Assembly (NCBI RefSeq): GCF_006345805.1 | Contig: NC_043011.1 | Span: 40,994,464 to 41,058,463 of the forward strand | Source of the DNA: Octopus sinensis | Taxonomy: Eukaryota | Reading direction: 5' to 3' | Length of the DNA: 64,000 nucleotides | In this document: in pieces, positions 26,766 through 39,648 of the stretch | How the letters are laid out: the number at the start of each line of letters is the position of its first letter | How positions within the stretch are numbered: the first letter of the stretch is position 1 | The notes under the pieces: model-generated | Database searches by the model: none | What the model was told of the DNA's origin: nothing | Seen by the model: only the letters and a program-made list of their open reading frames with translations | Made by a program: the position numbers and the translations under genes

Positions 26766-28073
26766 TTCGCTTATATGTTACATGTCGTAATTAATTTCAC
26801 CCCATCGGAAACCGTTTTTAGTTTGCTGATGTCTCATTCAAAAGAAAGTAACGCCATAGAACAGAGAATTCTGAGTTATTTACTATGAGCTCGTACGGGT
26901 TTATGATGCGTAAAAGCACTCTTGCTTGTATTACTGAAGGAGCGAGAACCGTCTGCAATGACTGCCGAAACAGCCAGATCACGTGATTTTGGCCTTCACG
27001 TGAAAACCATATGAGAGGTCCTCTCAAGGCAAATAACGCAGTATTCTTTCTCCAAAGACAACATCCACTTTACGTGGGAGATAAATATTACATTTTGATA
27101 TTAATATTGTTGCTAAAGCTATTCATTTCTTTAATGGCACCAGTGCCTGAATAAAACTTGAGATTATTTATATATGACTGATGTGGGAATCAGCTGTTGT
27201 GTCTAGCTGTAGAGGGATGTCATTAACAAAGCTAAGGAAGGCCGTTATGACATGATCTGGCAGTTCTGACAACCGTAACAGACGATTCTCATCTAGCGAT
27301 ATAAAAGCAAGTGCTTTTATGTACCATAAAACCACATGAGTGGTTCTCTTATGGTAAATAACGAAGTATTCAGCCTCCTGATACAAAATTCACTTCAACT
27401 TAGAAATAAATATCACGTTTTGGTATTAATACTGTTTCTGTCGCTGTTAATTATTTTTAACGTAACGTCTGTTAAAACCATTTCAGGATTTCCTTTCGTA
27501 AACTATAAGTAGACGAAGAACTCGTAAGTATAAACGTCATTATTTTCTAAATGAGAATTTCCGTTACCTTAGTAATGAAAACGAAGACTGCAAGAACGAC
27601 AGTTGAAAAAGTCAGATATGATTCCGTATCTATGGCAAATGGTTGTAAATAGAAATAACTATTTGAATAGTTTAATTAAAACTCTAGTTTCTGGATGGCT
27701 TTGTCAAGGTTAAATGTCAGCAATAAGTCAGTGAAATTTCCTACTGTATGGCCAGAGAGCTTTCTATATTTCTGGTAAATAGCAATAGAAAGAAAGTGAA
27801 AAACATTCAAATATTTTAATTGAAGCTAACAGTCATCTTGAGAGCATTTTATCTGGTAAGGTCACCTTGTATGCAGTTTAAATCTCTTAAAAATTCAGTG
27901 ATGATGCCCGTAGTATAGTCATAGGGATTTCCATATCTCTGACAAATATCTGGGGAGAGAAAGAGCAAGAGAAAGGGGGTGGATAGAGAGAGGGTTGAGA
28001 AAGAAAAGTGGTAAGACAGAGGGAGAGAGTAATATTTAAAATGTTTAATTAAAAACTGTCATCTCGCGAGTAT

Positions 28074-28104
<31 letters not shown>

Positions 28105-28138
28105 GTATATGCATATACATATATAACATATATATATA

Positions 28139-28580
28139 TTCTTCTATTTGTTTCAGTCATTTGACAGCAGCCATGCTGGAGCACCGCCTTTAATCTAGGT
28201 AATCGATCCCAGGAAGTATTCTTTGTAAGCCTAGTACTTATTCTATCACTCACTTTTGCCGAACCGCTAACTTACCGGGACGTAAACATACTAACATCGG
28301 CTATCAAGCGTTGGTGAGTGAGAACAGAGACACCAAAGATATACACACACACATATACATACATACATACATACATTACACATATATATATATATATATA
28401 TAATATATATATATATATTATATATAATATGGCGGGATTTTTTCAGTTTCCGTCTACAACATCCACTCTCAAGGACTTGGTTGGCCTAAGACTACAGTAG
28501 AAGACGCTTGTTCAAAGTGCCACGCAGTGGGATTGAATTTGGAACTATGAGATTGGGTTATTACCACACAGCCACGCCTG
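28139..28580 (-). mobile_element. SINE family A, full length
   Basis: Reverse complement of tail, internal TA/CA repeat and head. Confidence 0.8.
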
Positions 28581-28640
28581 AAATACACAATTCAATTTAG
28601 AAATACTAAATCAAATTTCACACAATATAATATATATATA

Positions 28641-28793
28641 TAAAATTAGAAAGAACCAATTTTTTGCAATTTACTTAATCATTGGTATTTTATTGTTATG
28701 TTAATTTTAATATTTCTATTATATGTAATTTTCTAGATGGTGTAATTTAATTGTTCATTTTGAATTGATAAAATGTGGTTCTTTCTAATTTTA
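28641..28793. mobile_element. MITE-like element with 18-bp perfect terminal inverted repeats in (TA)n
   Basis: TAAAATTAGAAAGAACCA (28641-28658) and TGGTTCTTTCTAATTTTA (28776-28793). Confidence 0.6.
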
Positions 28794-28832
28794 TATATAT
28801 ATATGATACACAAATACAGAATATATATATAT

Positions 28833-29110
28833 AGGTGAATTATCCAAACCACAAGGAATTCCTCTCAACGCATGGCTATGATGTTCCCCCACTACTTCTG
28901 CTCGTGATCAGAGATGCACATATTGTCAGTCACTAAGGGACATGCTCAACTGGTTAAGGTTAAATAAATGATAAGCAAATCTGTGGTATTGAGCAGAATA
29001 TTGGTTGTAGCCCATATTTTACACCAAGACAAAACAATGTACATGATAACACTTCCAATCAGTTAACATAAGAAGCTACGAGAGCTAGTGACTGGTACGG
29101 CATCAGGGCA
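28833..29110 (-). mobile_element. Family D element, 5' part
   Basis: Reverse complement of 21100-21360; followed by (ATT)n. Confidence 0.75.
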
Positions 29111-29180
29111 TTTATTATTATCATCATTAATAATTATTATTTATTATTATTATTATCATTATTATCATTATCATAATTAC

Positions 29181-29238
<58 letters not shown>

Positions 29239-29709
29239 GAGTGAGAGAGCAGTTCATGCCATCAAAGTGACACTGGGGTAAAATATACGAAGCCCAATAT
29301 ACCCATCATGACTACCCGTCTGATAAGGGTACACCAGGCACATGCATCACAACCATATGTGCGCGACATGGTGATCTCATATCAAGGTAAACAGCGCATG
29401 ACCTTGCAGGTGGGGCCCAGTTAGAACTTTCTTCAGATCGAGTAGCCTATCCCGCCCAAAAGGTCCCTGAATAAGGGTTGTTTAAGGATGTTGAAAGAAC
29501 CACCTATGTTTCCAGAGGTGAATTATTCAAACCCCAAAGAATCCCTCTCAACACATGGCTATGATGCTCCCCCACTACTTCTGCTCGTGATCAGAGATGC
29601 ACATATCGTCAGCCACTAAGGGACATGCTCAACTGGTTAAGGTCAAACAACTGACAAGCAAATCTGTGGTATTGAGCAGAATATTTGCTGTAGCCCATCT
29701 TTTATACCA
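29239..29709 (-). mobile_element. Family D element, slightly 5'-truncated, (ATT)n on both sides
   Basis: Reverse complement of 21185-21630. Confidence 0.8.
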
Positions 29710-29749
29710 TATTATTATTATTATAATAATAATAATAATAATAATAATA

Positions 29750-29800
<51 letters not shown>

Positions 29801-29809
29801 GGATGATAA

Positions 29810-30059
29810 ATCATATGGTATCTACATCTGGTAGCTTGCCGGTAAAGCACTTTGATTTTCAGTGTTGGTTGGGTATTTGATTAATGAGAGAGATGGAAGA
29901 TTGAAGATACGAGAACGTTTACTGGTCACTACAGTTCTGTCGACATGTTTGTTGGTCAGTATTTCACCCATGAGAGGTCGATGCTAGTTGGTTTGAAACA
30001 ATTGTAGCGATCAATAAACATTCTAGTATCTCCAATCTTCCGTCTCTCTCATTAATCAA
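29810..30059. mobile_element. Foldback/MITE with long inverted arms (family E)
   Basis: Arms 29877-29933 and 30003-30059; homologous to 60121-60475. Confidence 0.65.
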
Positions 30060-30180
30060 CGTGTATGTGTGTGTACACACTAAACCCTTGTGAATGGATT
30101 TGGTACAGGGAAAGTGAAAGAATATACAAATATAGATATGCGTGTGTGGATGTGTGGATGTGTTTGTGTATGTGTTTGCG

Positions 30181-30218
<38 letters not shown>

Positions 30219-30334
30219 TGTGCGCGCTACTGTTTTCTCGTCTTGAGAACGCACGATGTAAAAAAAAACAAAGGGCAATTTTTTCTGATCTGGCTCAAGG
30301 CCCGAAATTTATTCGTGGTGGGAGGGGATCAGTT

Positions 30335-30665
30335 GACTAGATTGACTCCAGTACACAACTGGTACTTAAGTTATCGACCCCGAAAGGATGAAAGGCAAAG
30401 TCGACCTCGGCGGAATTTGAACACAGAACGTAAAGACAGACGAAATACCTATTTCTTTACTACCCACAAGGGGCTAAACACAGAGAGGACAAACAAGGAC
30501 AGGCAAACGGATTAAGTCGATTATATCGACCCCAGTGCGTAACTGGTACTTATTTAATCGACCCCGAAAGGAAGAAAGGCAAAGTCGACCTCGGCGGAAT
30601 TTGAATATAGAACGTAAAGACAGACGAAATACTGATAAGCATTTCGTCCGGCGTGCTAACTTTTC
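30335..30665 (-). mobile_element. SINE family B head-to-tail dimer
   Basis: Junction at about 30447 is the reverse complement of AAGAAATAG/GTATTTCGTCT, as in the 19659-20247 trimer. Confidence 0.8.
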
Positions 30666-31550
30666 TGAACAAAAGGCAATTCTACCGCTTTTCATGTAGA
30701 ATGGCACATCGCTGGAGGTACAAAAAAAAAGAAAATCAAGAAGTGATTGATTTATTGGTTCTGATTGATAATATTTAACAAGCTTAACATCTGCGAATAT
30801 TATATCACCAAAGATACTTGAAGATTCCAACAGTTCATTTTTGGATTATTTTATTTTTATTTCATTTTATTTTCCATTTTTTTAAAAATCTTTGTGTTGA
30901 GTTATAATGACTACTTATGTAGGAACTATCACAGTTTGAGGCAATGCTTGTGCTTCGGAATATTCGGAAAGAAGGCGAACCATTTTATGCTGAGATGCAT
31001 AAGGAATCATTGCATACATTCCATGTAGCACTGTAATGCTGTTATTTATTCTCTAAGAGATTCTTGCCGCCGGATATTCTTGCCGAGTGATTTTCTAAAG
31101 AGACGGAAAGAACTTACAAACTGCATTGCAATGTAGAATATCTCATTCAAAAGAATCGCCTTAACACGTTTTGACATGAACAATATCATTCAGTCGAAAT
31201 TCCATGCGAATAGTTTTCATGCCTAATTAAGGTATCAGATCTAATTAAGTTACCGTTTTGTGTGTGTGTGTATGTGTGTGTATCTGTAACAGTAATTTAC
31301 ATAAATGTTAATTAATGTCAGTATATTATAAATATATATCTGTGAGTTTAAGTTTGTTTCTCTGCGTGTATGAAGACGTATTTGTGCATCAGCAATTCAT
31401 ATTCGTTAATATATACATATATGTAAATTATGATAGTATATTATATATATATATATATATACATGTATACATATATTTATATATATATATACACTGTATG
31501 TATATGTACATAAGTATATATATGCATGTATATATATATGTACATGTATG

Positions 31551-31598
<48 letters not shown>

Positions 31599-32695
31599 AT
31601 GTATGTGTATGTAATGTATGTATGTATGTATGTATGTATGTATAAATATGTATATATGTATATAGCAATTAAAAGTACGCGTCTGTATGTCTGTACACCC
31701 GCAAACACAGTTAGTTTAGCTAGACGGGCGTTGTACATATAATTTCTGTTCCAGGAATATATTTTTCAGGAATATATATATCTCAGTATCACAATTCACT
31801 GTATGTGTGTGTTTATATTTGTGTATGCGTGCGTGTGTGCGTGCAATGTGTGGTTATGCGTATGTATGAACGTATATGTGTATGTCTTTTGAGAGAGTGA
31901 CATAAACATAACAGACATTACCATTCGCCTATAAAAGTTTCGTGCATCGGAGTCTGAAACCTGTCATGGACGAAAATTCTCAGCCCTTGAGTCACTTTTG
32001 AAACCTTCTAGAGATTATATATATATATCGATAAGACGAGGAAAGACTTATATGTATATATATATATCTTTCAAATAAAAAAGGACTCCGTACATGCTAG
32101 AAGAAACAGTCAAAATCCCCTTCGACATTGCTCTTAAGCGTGGTTTAGACTTTGATTGTTCCTTCTAGTGTGTAAGGTGTCCTGTTAGGGGTCACCTCTT
32201 TTGTGTATAAATTCACACATACGTATGTATGTATAAATGTATACATACATACATATATACATATATATATATACATATATATATATACATATATATACAT
32301 GTATATATATGTACATATATATAAATATATGTACCTATATATAATATATATATATATGTATATATATGTACATATATATGTATATATGTACATATATATG
32401 TATATATGTACATATATGTATGTATGTATGTATGTATATTCAAAAGTCTTTGTGAAAGTTACTTGATACTGTTTTACTAAGTATAAAAAAGACTGTTTTT
32501 TAAAGTTATTTGAAAAAAAGTTGTAACTTCTTTATCAGACCATCACTAACCCTTTTGGAAAGAGTTTCTTTCTAGTGTGTGTGACTGCTTTCGAATATCT
32601 TTTCTATATATATATATATATATAATATATATATATATATATAATATATATATATATATATTAATAATATATAATAATATATTATATATATATAT

Positions 32696-32948
32696 ATTAG
32701 AAAAAATGAGGTAATCAGTTCGGATGGTTCATATTTATAGATATTTATTTATATATACATTTTTACATATATATCATATCATTCAGATCATATCATTCGG
32801 ATTAGCGCTTTCTCCAGTCGAGATTGGGAAGAAAGCGCTAATCCGAATGATATGATCTGAATGATATGATATATATGTAAAAAATGTAATATATAAATAA
32901 ATATCTATAAATATGAACCATCCGATCTGATTACCTCATTTTTCTAAT
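32696..32948. repeat. Near-perfect palindrome of about 250 bp in (TA)n
   Basis: Arms 32696-32813 and 32830-32948 differ at only a few positions. Confidence 0.9.
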
Positions 32949-33055
32949 ATATAATACCATTACATCATCTCCAAACCTTCCAATATATATATATATATAT
33001 ATTATAATATATATATATATATATTATACTACATACATATACAAAGATATATCAT

Positions 33056-33237
33056 GATAGATCGTTAGCTCCTACACGCATTTTTTCTCTCCTTGTTTCT
33101 CTCCTTGTTTTTTTCTGAGCGTAGGCTCGAAACGTAAAAGACTTGTTCTATTTGTATTCCTGAGCGCCATACTAATACATTTGTTTGTTTGTACTCCACC
33201 TGCCTTCGTCTTTTGTTTATTTTCGTAAACCTTCCCG
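33056..33237 (+). mobile_element. Copy of the short hammerhead-like element, core partly deleted
   Basis: Homologous to 12154-12341; reads TTTTCTGAGCGTAGGCTCGAAACGTAAAAGAC. Confidence 0.75.
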
Positions 33238-33284
33238 GTATATATATATATATATACATATAACATATTCTATGATTATATGCA

Positions 33285-33600
33285 TAACTATAATTATAAT
33301 CAGGGATCAGCTAATTGCTTCCTTACGTACCGAAATTAGAAATAGAAGCTAATGCCATTTCAACTACCATAAGTATCTCCGAGACAATAACACACTTTTT
33401 TTTTAAGTAGGCAAAAAGAAAAATGATGAAGCCACCTAACTTCGGTTAATTACCGATGCGTTTCCAAATTAAAGTAAGTTATATTTACCCTTTTTGCCTA
33501 CGTAAAAAAAAGTGTTATTGTCTCGGAGATAACTTATGGTAGTTGAAATGGCATTAGCTTCTATTTCTAATTTCGGTACGTAAGGAAGCAATTAGCACCC
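33285..33600. mobile_element. Foldback/MITE with inverted arms of about 108 bp
   Basis: Arms 33310-33418 and 33490-33596 are nearly perfectly complementary; a diverged single arm lies at about 60835-60950. Confidence 0.8.
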
Positions 33601-33749
33601 GATCATGAGTGCACCACCCTAACAACAACCTAGGCACTTTTCTTTTATATACATATGTGTTATATATATATATGTGTGTGTGTGCGATGTGTGTAGTATG
33701 TATTATATGTGTATGTATATATATATGTATGTATGTATATATGTGTATG

Positions 33750-33803
<54 letters not shown>

Positions 33804-33984
33804 TGGTATGTGCATATATATGTGTGTGGGTATATATATATTATATATGTATGTTGTATATATATGTATGTTATAATATATTATATGTATGTATATATAT
33901 AGTATATATATATATATACATATATTGAAGAGAAGAGGACCCGATAGCTAGATAGATAGATAGATAGAAAACGTATGTATGTAT

Positions 33985-34680
33985 ACAGTGGATGCTAGGT
34001 GCTTTGAAAAAGCATCCGACATTTTCCGCTTCAAACTAACGCGGTATGGGCGAAATTCTTTTGGTGGGAAGTGACACCACCCTTCCTACGCATGCATGAG
34101 AATTCTCGCATGTGTAGGCCGTGTCAGGTGCCGGTTCTTACACCTCGAGTACTGACATGTAGTGCGCTCCCGTCGAGTTTTTCTTTTTGAATCAAATCAA
34201 CAAGCAGAGATATTGCATCAAGTTTTATCAAAATCTTCGTGACAGTCAAGCTCAAACCATCAAGAGTATTCAGCAGGCCTCTGGTGATGATGTTGTGGGG
34301 GGGGGGCAGATCAAAGTGTGGTACAACCACTTTAAACATGGCCGCATTTCAGTGCAGAATGTGGCATACCATCCACAAGCCAAAATGAGGAGCCAATTGA
34401 GATGTTTCGGCGAATAGTTATAGAAGACCGTCGTGTAACAATTCTGTAAATTGTTCACGGAGTAGAAATAAGCATATAATCAGTACATTCCAATTTAACG
34501 AAGGATTTGTGCATGAGAAAAGTTTCGGCAAAATTCGTGTCCAACATGCTGGCGGAACAGCATGAGTAACTTCGCGTGGAAATCGCTCAGGACATGCTAG
34601 ACTGGACAAACAACGACTCAGGCTTATGAAGAACATCTTCACTTGTGATGAGACATGGATTTATTATCTCTGCTCAATGT
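33985..34680 (+). mobile_element. Mariner transposon 5' half, decayed
   Basis: KQRYCIKFYQNLRDSQAQTIKSIQQASGDD...WYNHFKHGR...EDRRVTI...MRKVSAKFV...CDETWIY (HTH region to the first catalytic D). Confidence 0.85.
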
Positions 34681-35347
34681 GTTAAGACATCTTGTGTGAA
34701 AATGAAAATCCCACAAGCGCGTCTTTACTCTTGGCGGCATACTACCGCTAAAATTTTCAAGCATTCGCAAGAAGGGTGGTGTCATCTCCCATCAAAGGAT
34801 TCGAGTTCTCTTTGCCTCGAGACCTGAAAATCAATAGTTTGTCAAATATATTGAATTACGATCGCAATAATTACGGGAAATATATTTTTGATTAACAATA
34901 TCAATTAAGACCAAAGAAGCATTTCTTTATTTTCCATCTTGTAATGAGACAGGATTTTCTTTCCAACATACATACATACATACGTACGTACATACTTACA
35001 CACGTACATACTTACACACGTACATACATACCTACATACATACACATACATACCTACATACATACACATTGAACAATACATACATACATACATAATACAA
35101 GCATACATACATACATACATACATACATACATACATACATACATACATACATACATACAAGTAAAAACACCCTGTTGTTGATGTGGAAATTCCAATGAAT
35201 GAACGTTGGATCTAGGTTAGAAACCGGTTCTTTTTCTATTGATAAGAAATCTTGAAATAAACTGAATGGCATACATCCCTACATACATACATATATACAT
35301 ACATACGTACATACATACATACATACATACATACATACATACATACA

Positions 35348-35378
<31 letters not shown>

Positions 35379-36227
35379 CTATGTATGTATTCATATACGT
35401 GTGTGTATAAATTTGTGTGTGTGGTCGCGCATAATTATCGTAGTGCTTTTTATACGATGAGCGTTGTCGTTTATTTCAGAAAAATGAAATAGAATATGAT
35501 ATTCATAACGTATATTAAATCAAATTGCTTCAACCTGGACGAAAAACGGAGTTGCTGTTCATAAATGGATTTACTCTTTTCTTATCTTATTGTTTCACTT
35601 TATTTTCTTCTCTTCCCAACGTCTCTGTTTCGTTTCTTCTTTCTTCCACTCTATCCTCTCGATGAATGCCATTATTTCTTTTTCGTGTTGTGTCGTCCTC
35701 AAAAAGAAATTTGAACTGTATCCGTGCTTGTCTCTCATTTGTTTTTGCTTCTTCTTTTATGAACGTATGTATCATTCTATATTGTTTTATATAGTCACTA
35801 TTCATGCGTCTATGTATACATGTTTGTGTGCCTATATACATATAAGTTTGATCACATACTTTATGAACATGTAGAGATATATCTCTTTCCTTCGTAGCCG
35901 CCATGTTTTACTTTGATAATCTAGTGACGAGATTAAATATTCATCGAATCATCGGAAATTAAATATTTTTTGTGTCCATCCGTTAATATACGATTGTTTA
36001 TATATATATGCGAAGCGGTTTGTAAGGTGATGTAGTACTTGGATTTACGTTTTTACATATGTATGTGCGTCTGTGTGTGTGTGCGTATGTATGTATGTAT
36101 GTATGTATGTATGTATGTATGTATGTATGTATGTATGTATGTATGTGCAAATTTTATATATTACAGATAAGGAAGTAGTCAGAATTTGTGATAATTATTC
36201 ATTCAACGCTTTCATCTCGTTTCAGTG

Positions 36228-36297
<70 letters not shown>

Positions 36298-36366
36298 CTA
36301 CAGATTTCATCATACAAGCATGTGTGTTATTTTTAGGGCGTGTGTGTTATATTATATTAAGACAAA

Positions 36367-36430
36367 CGATAGATAGATGATAGATAATAGATAGATAGAT
36401 AGATTAACATACATACATACATATACATAC

Positions 36431-36512
<82 letters not shown>
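36367..36512. repeat. (GATA)n microsatellite without adjacent LINE
   Basis: Direct reading. Confidence 0.9.
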
Positions 36513-36513
<1 letters not shown>

Positions 36514-37444
36514 GCAGGCCACACACTTATTGAACACCTTCCTTACTGTTTATCATAATTGTTTCATGCTAGTTTTAACATCAAAGAGCAATATTAAAAT
36601 TTATCAATAGAGAAATGCAGCACCTCTGATTCGTAGAAAAACTCAAACGTTTATAAGTACAATTGATAAAAAATGAACATATACCGTTAGAGTACAAAAT
36701 ATATTCTTTGTCATGTAATAGAAGTGAATAAAAAGAAATGTTCAAAGGCTCTTGTTTCTTGAGATTTTGTATTTAATGTAAAAAAAGAAACTTCTCAAGT
36801 GGAGAATATCTTGCTAAGTTTAAGATCTTCGATTAGATAAAAATGAGAAAATGTGAAAGACGAGAGAAAGGAATCAAAGATAGAAAAAAAGGATATTGTG
36901 TCGTTTACGATCTTCAGTTAGATTAAAAAGATCGAATGTGAAGAACAAAACGAAAAGAATTGAAATTTGTTTAAAAAATTGTATGTATAATAAAAAAAAA
37001 AGGACGATGGGAAAGATGTGTTGCAGTAATTAGCTGCCTCTCTGTAGGTTCAAATCCCTTCCGTAAAATTATCAGTGTTTCAGACCAAGAGTTTGGTTAG
37101 AAATGGCATATATTAATAAACGATGTAAAGGCGGTTGATTGTCAGAAATGGTGAAATAAGAGGTTATGTGCTTCATGTCATTCCATTCGGTATTTTTAAT
37201 CATTTTGAGATCAGATTTCATCGTAGATATCGACTTTGCTTTTTATCGATCTTAGATCGATAAAATATAAACCAAATTGAACTGAAGTTGACTGAGTACA
37301 ATGTGTTCTTTCACTGAAATTTGTCTTTGTGCTTATATAAGATATCCTATATAAATTAATCAATTTAGGTGCATCTATGTGTTTACTATCGACGTACTAG
37401 AAATAGCAGCAATAACTCTCACAAATTACACGCTACTAATTTAA

Positions 37445-37845
37445 GCATGAGTGGCTGTGTGGTAAGTAGCTTGCTAACCAACCACATGGTTCCGGGTTCA
37501 GTCCCACTGCGTGACATCTTGGGCGAGTGTCTTCTGCTATAGCCCCGGGCCGACCAATGCCTTGTGAGTGGATTTGGTAGACGGAAACTGAAAGAAGCCC
37601 GTCGTATATATGTATATATATATGTGTGTGTATGTGTTTGTGTGTCTGTTTTTGTCCCCCTAGCATTGCTTGACAACCGATGCTGGTGTGTTTACGTCCC
37701 CGTCACTTAGCGGTTCGGCAAAAGATCCCGATAGAATAAGTACTGGGCTTACAAAGAATAAGTCCCGGGGTCGATTTGCTCGACTAAAGGCGGTCCTCCA
37801 GCATGGCCGCAGTCAAATGACTGAAACAAGTAAAAGAGAGTATGT
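37445..37845 (+). mobile_element. SINE family A, full length, best-preserved copy
   Basis: GCATGAGTGGCTGTGTGGTAAGTAGCTTGCT...GGTTCAGTCCCACTGCG...CATGGCCGCAGTCAAATGACTGAAACAAGTAAAAG. Confidence 0.9.
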
Positions 37846-38488
37846 GAATAACACTTGAATAAAGTAATCTGGATATAACTCCAAACGATCGAGATGGTCA
37901 TGGATAGAATATCTTTGATCATAGATGTTCTTGTTTGTTCAATGTTAGCATCAGTTCATTTCAGATAAAGTCTCAGCGGTTCCAACGAGTATAATAAAAA
38001 CAATTAAGTAGGACGGAAAGGAAATAAAGAAAAGAGAAAGAGACGTAAAAGACGAAATTTTAAATTTTCGTTTCATTTTAAACTTCAATTTTTTTCTTAA
38101 TTTCTTAATTTCATTGATTATAAAATTTTTGACCTCATAATTTACTTCAATATTATGCTACTTAATCACCTTTTATTAGTTATAAATTTTATTGGTTACT
38201 TGTACAACTTAAAGTTTATACCTTTATAATAAAAAGTTTCTTAAATTTGTTTAATAAAATTGCAAATGCTTCTTCCTTAATCTGTTACTATTTCACATGG
38301 ACTGCCTTCTTTTATTTTAAACCTTCCATTACTAAATACTCATTCCTTGCCGCAACGTGGTTATTACTATTCTGTTGAGAGGATACAACTACTAACGAGT
38401 GAATATCACCATGTTGCCATTCTTTTGCATTAATATTACTGTTCATTATCAGATATTCTGTATGTAATTGCTATCGATATTTTAAAGT

Positions 38489-38551
38489 AAATTCGTTGGT
38501 ACTCTTGGGTTTCAATCATGATGCTTGAAACTCAAGAGTACCAATGAATTT
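38489..38551 (+). other. 63-nt hairpin (27-bp stem, 9-nt loop)
   Basis: AAATTCGTTGGTACTCTTGGGTTTCAA-tcatgatgc-TTGAAACTCAAGAGTACCAATGAATTT; both non-Watson-Crick pairs are G-U on the + strand. Confidence 0.6.
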
Positions 38552-38637
38552 TTAGACATGTATTCCCAACTTATGTCTTCTTATGTCTTCTAATATTCAG
38601 ACATGTGTTCTAAAAAATTGCCCAGTAATTTTCCGCC

Positions 38638-38790
38638 ATGGACAAAAGTTTGGAACACAGTTTGAAAATTAGAGGGCAAAAAAGTCTGAAGATATGTCTA
38701 AAACTTAATCGATAAAAATATGGGACACGTGTCTGAAAATTAATGGACAAAAGTATGGAACACATATCTGAAAAATCAATGGACAAAAGT
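38638..38790. repeat. Degenerate tandem repeat of about 36 bp (ATGGACAAAAGTATGGAACAC...CTGAAAAT)
   Basis: About 4 degenerate units. Confidence 0.7.
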
Positions 38791-39548
38791 AATTCCTCCC
38801 CTTCTGAACTTACCTGGAAGTAATTATTCCCGTTCTGAAACTACCGGGAAGTAATTCCTCCTCTTAACTCATCCAGATGTAATACCTCCCCTTCCTCCAC
38901 CCTCTGATCTTTCCCGGAAGTACTACCACTCCTTCCTCACCTATGATCTTTCCCGAAAGTAATTTCTTCCACTTCCACTCCCTCTCAACTCCACCCCTCT
39001 GAATTTAGCTGGAAGTCATTCCTCCTCCTTCTGAACATACATAGAAGTAATTTCTCCACCTTCTGAACGTAACCGGAAGTATTACCTCCCACTACTGAAC
39101 TTTACCGAAGTAATTCCTCCCCTTCCCACTTCTGAACTTAGCAGAAGTAATTTCTCCCTCCTCTGAACTTACCCGGAAATAATTCCTCCCCATCTGAACT
39201 TCCTTGGAAGTAATTCCCCCTCTGAACTGAGCCGGAATTAATTCCTTCCCTTCCTCACCCCTCTGAACTTATCTGAAAGTAATTCTTCCTCCCCTCTAAA
39301 CTTACCCGGAAGTAATTATTCCCCTCTGTACTTACCCGGAAGTAATTTTTCCCTCTCTGAACTTAGCCGGAAGTAATTCCCTTTCCCCCTCTGACTTTCC
39401 CTGGAAGTAATGCCTCTCGCTTCTTCCTCTTTCTGAACACACCCGGAAGTAATACCTACCCATCTGATCTGACCCGGAAGTAATACCTCCCCTTCCTCCC
39501 CTCTAAACTTACCCGGAAATAATTCTACCCCTCTATACTTACCTGGAA
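38790..39548. repeat. Minisatellite with unit of about 30-40 bp (AATTCCTCCCCTCTGAACTTACCCGGAAGT), about 22 units, running into the gap
   Basis: Direct reading. Confidence 0.9.
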
Positions 39549-39648
39549 NNNNNNNNNNNNNNNNNNNNNNNNNNNNNNNNNNNNNNNNNNNNNNNNNNNN
39601 NNNNNNNNNNNNNNNNNNNNNNNNNNNNNNNNNNNNNNNNNNNNNNNN
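39549..39648. other. Assembly gap (100 N)
   Basis: Run of N. Confidence 1.

Noticed and set aside
27168-27386. 72-aa non-repetitive minus-strand ORF (and the 69-aa ORF at 26818-27027)
   Set aside because: No recognisable domain or convincing splice signals; length is within chance expectation.
29565-29600. U1 snRNA-like words (GATCACGA, TAGTGGGGGA) in family D
   Set aside because: Two short matches with wrong spacing; no 5' ACUUACCUG or Sm site; likely chance.
38790-39548. CRISPR-like array
   Set aside because: Units are contiguous and degenerate with no unique spacers and no cas genes; eukaryotic minisatellite.
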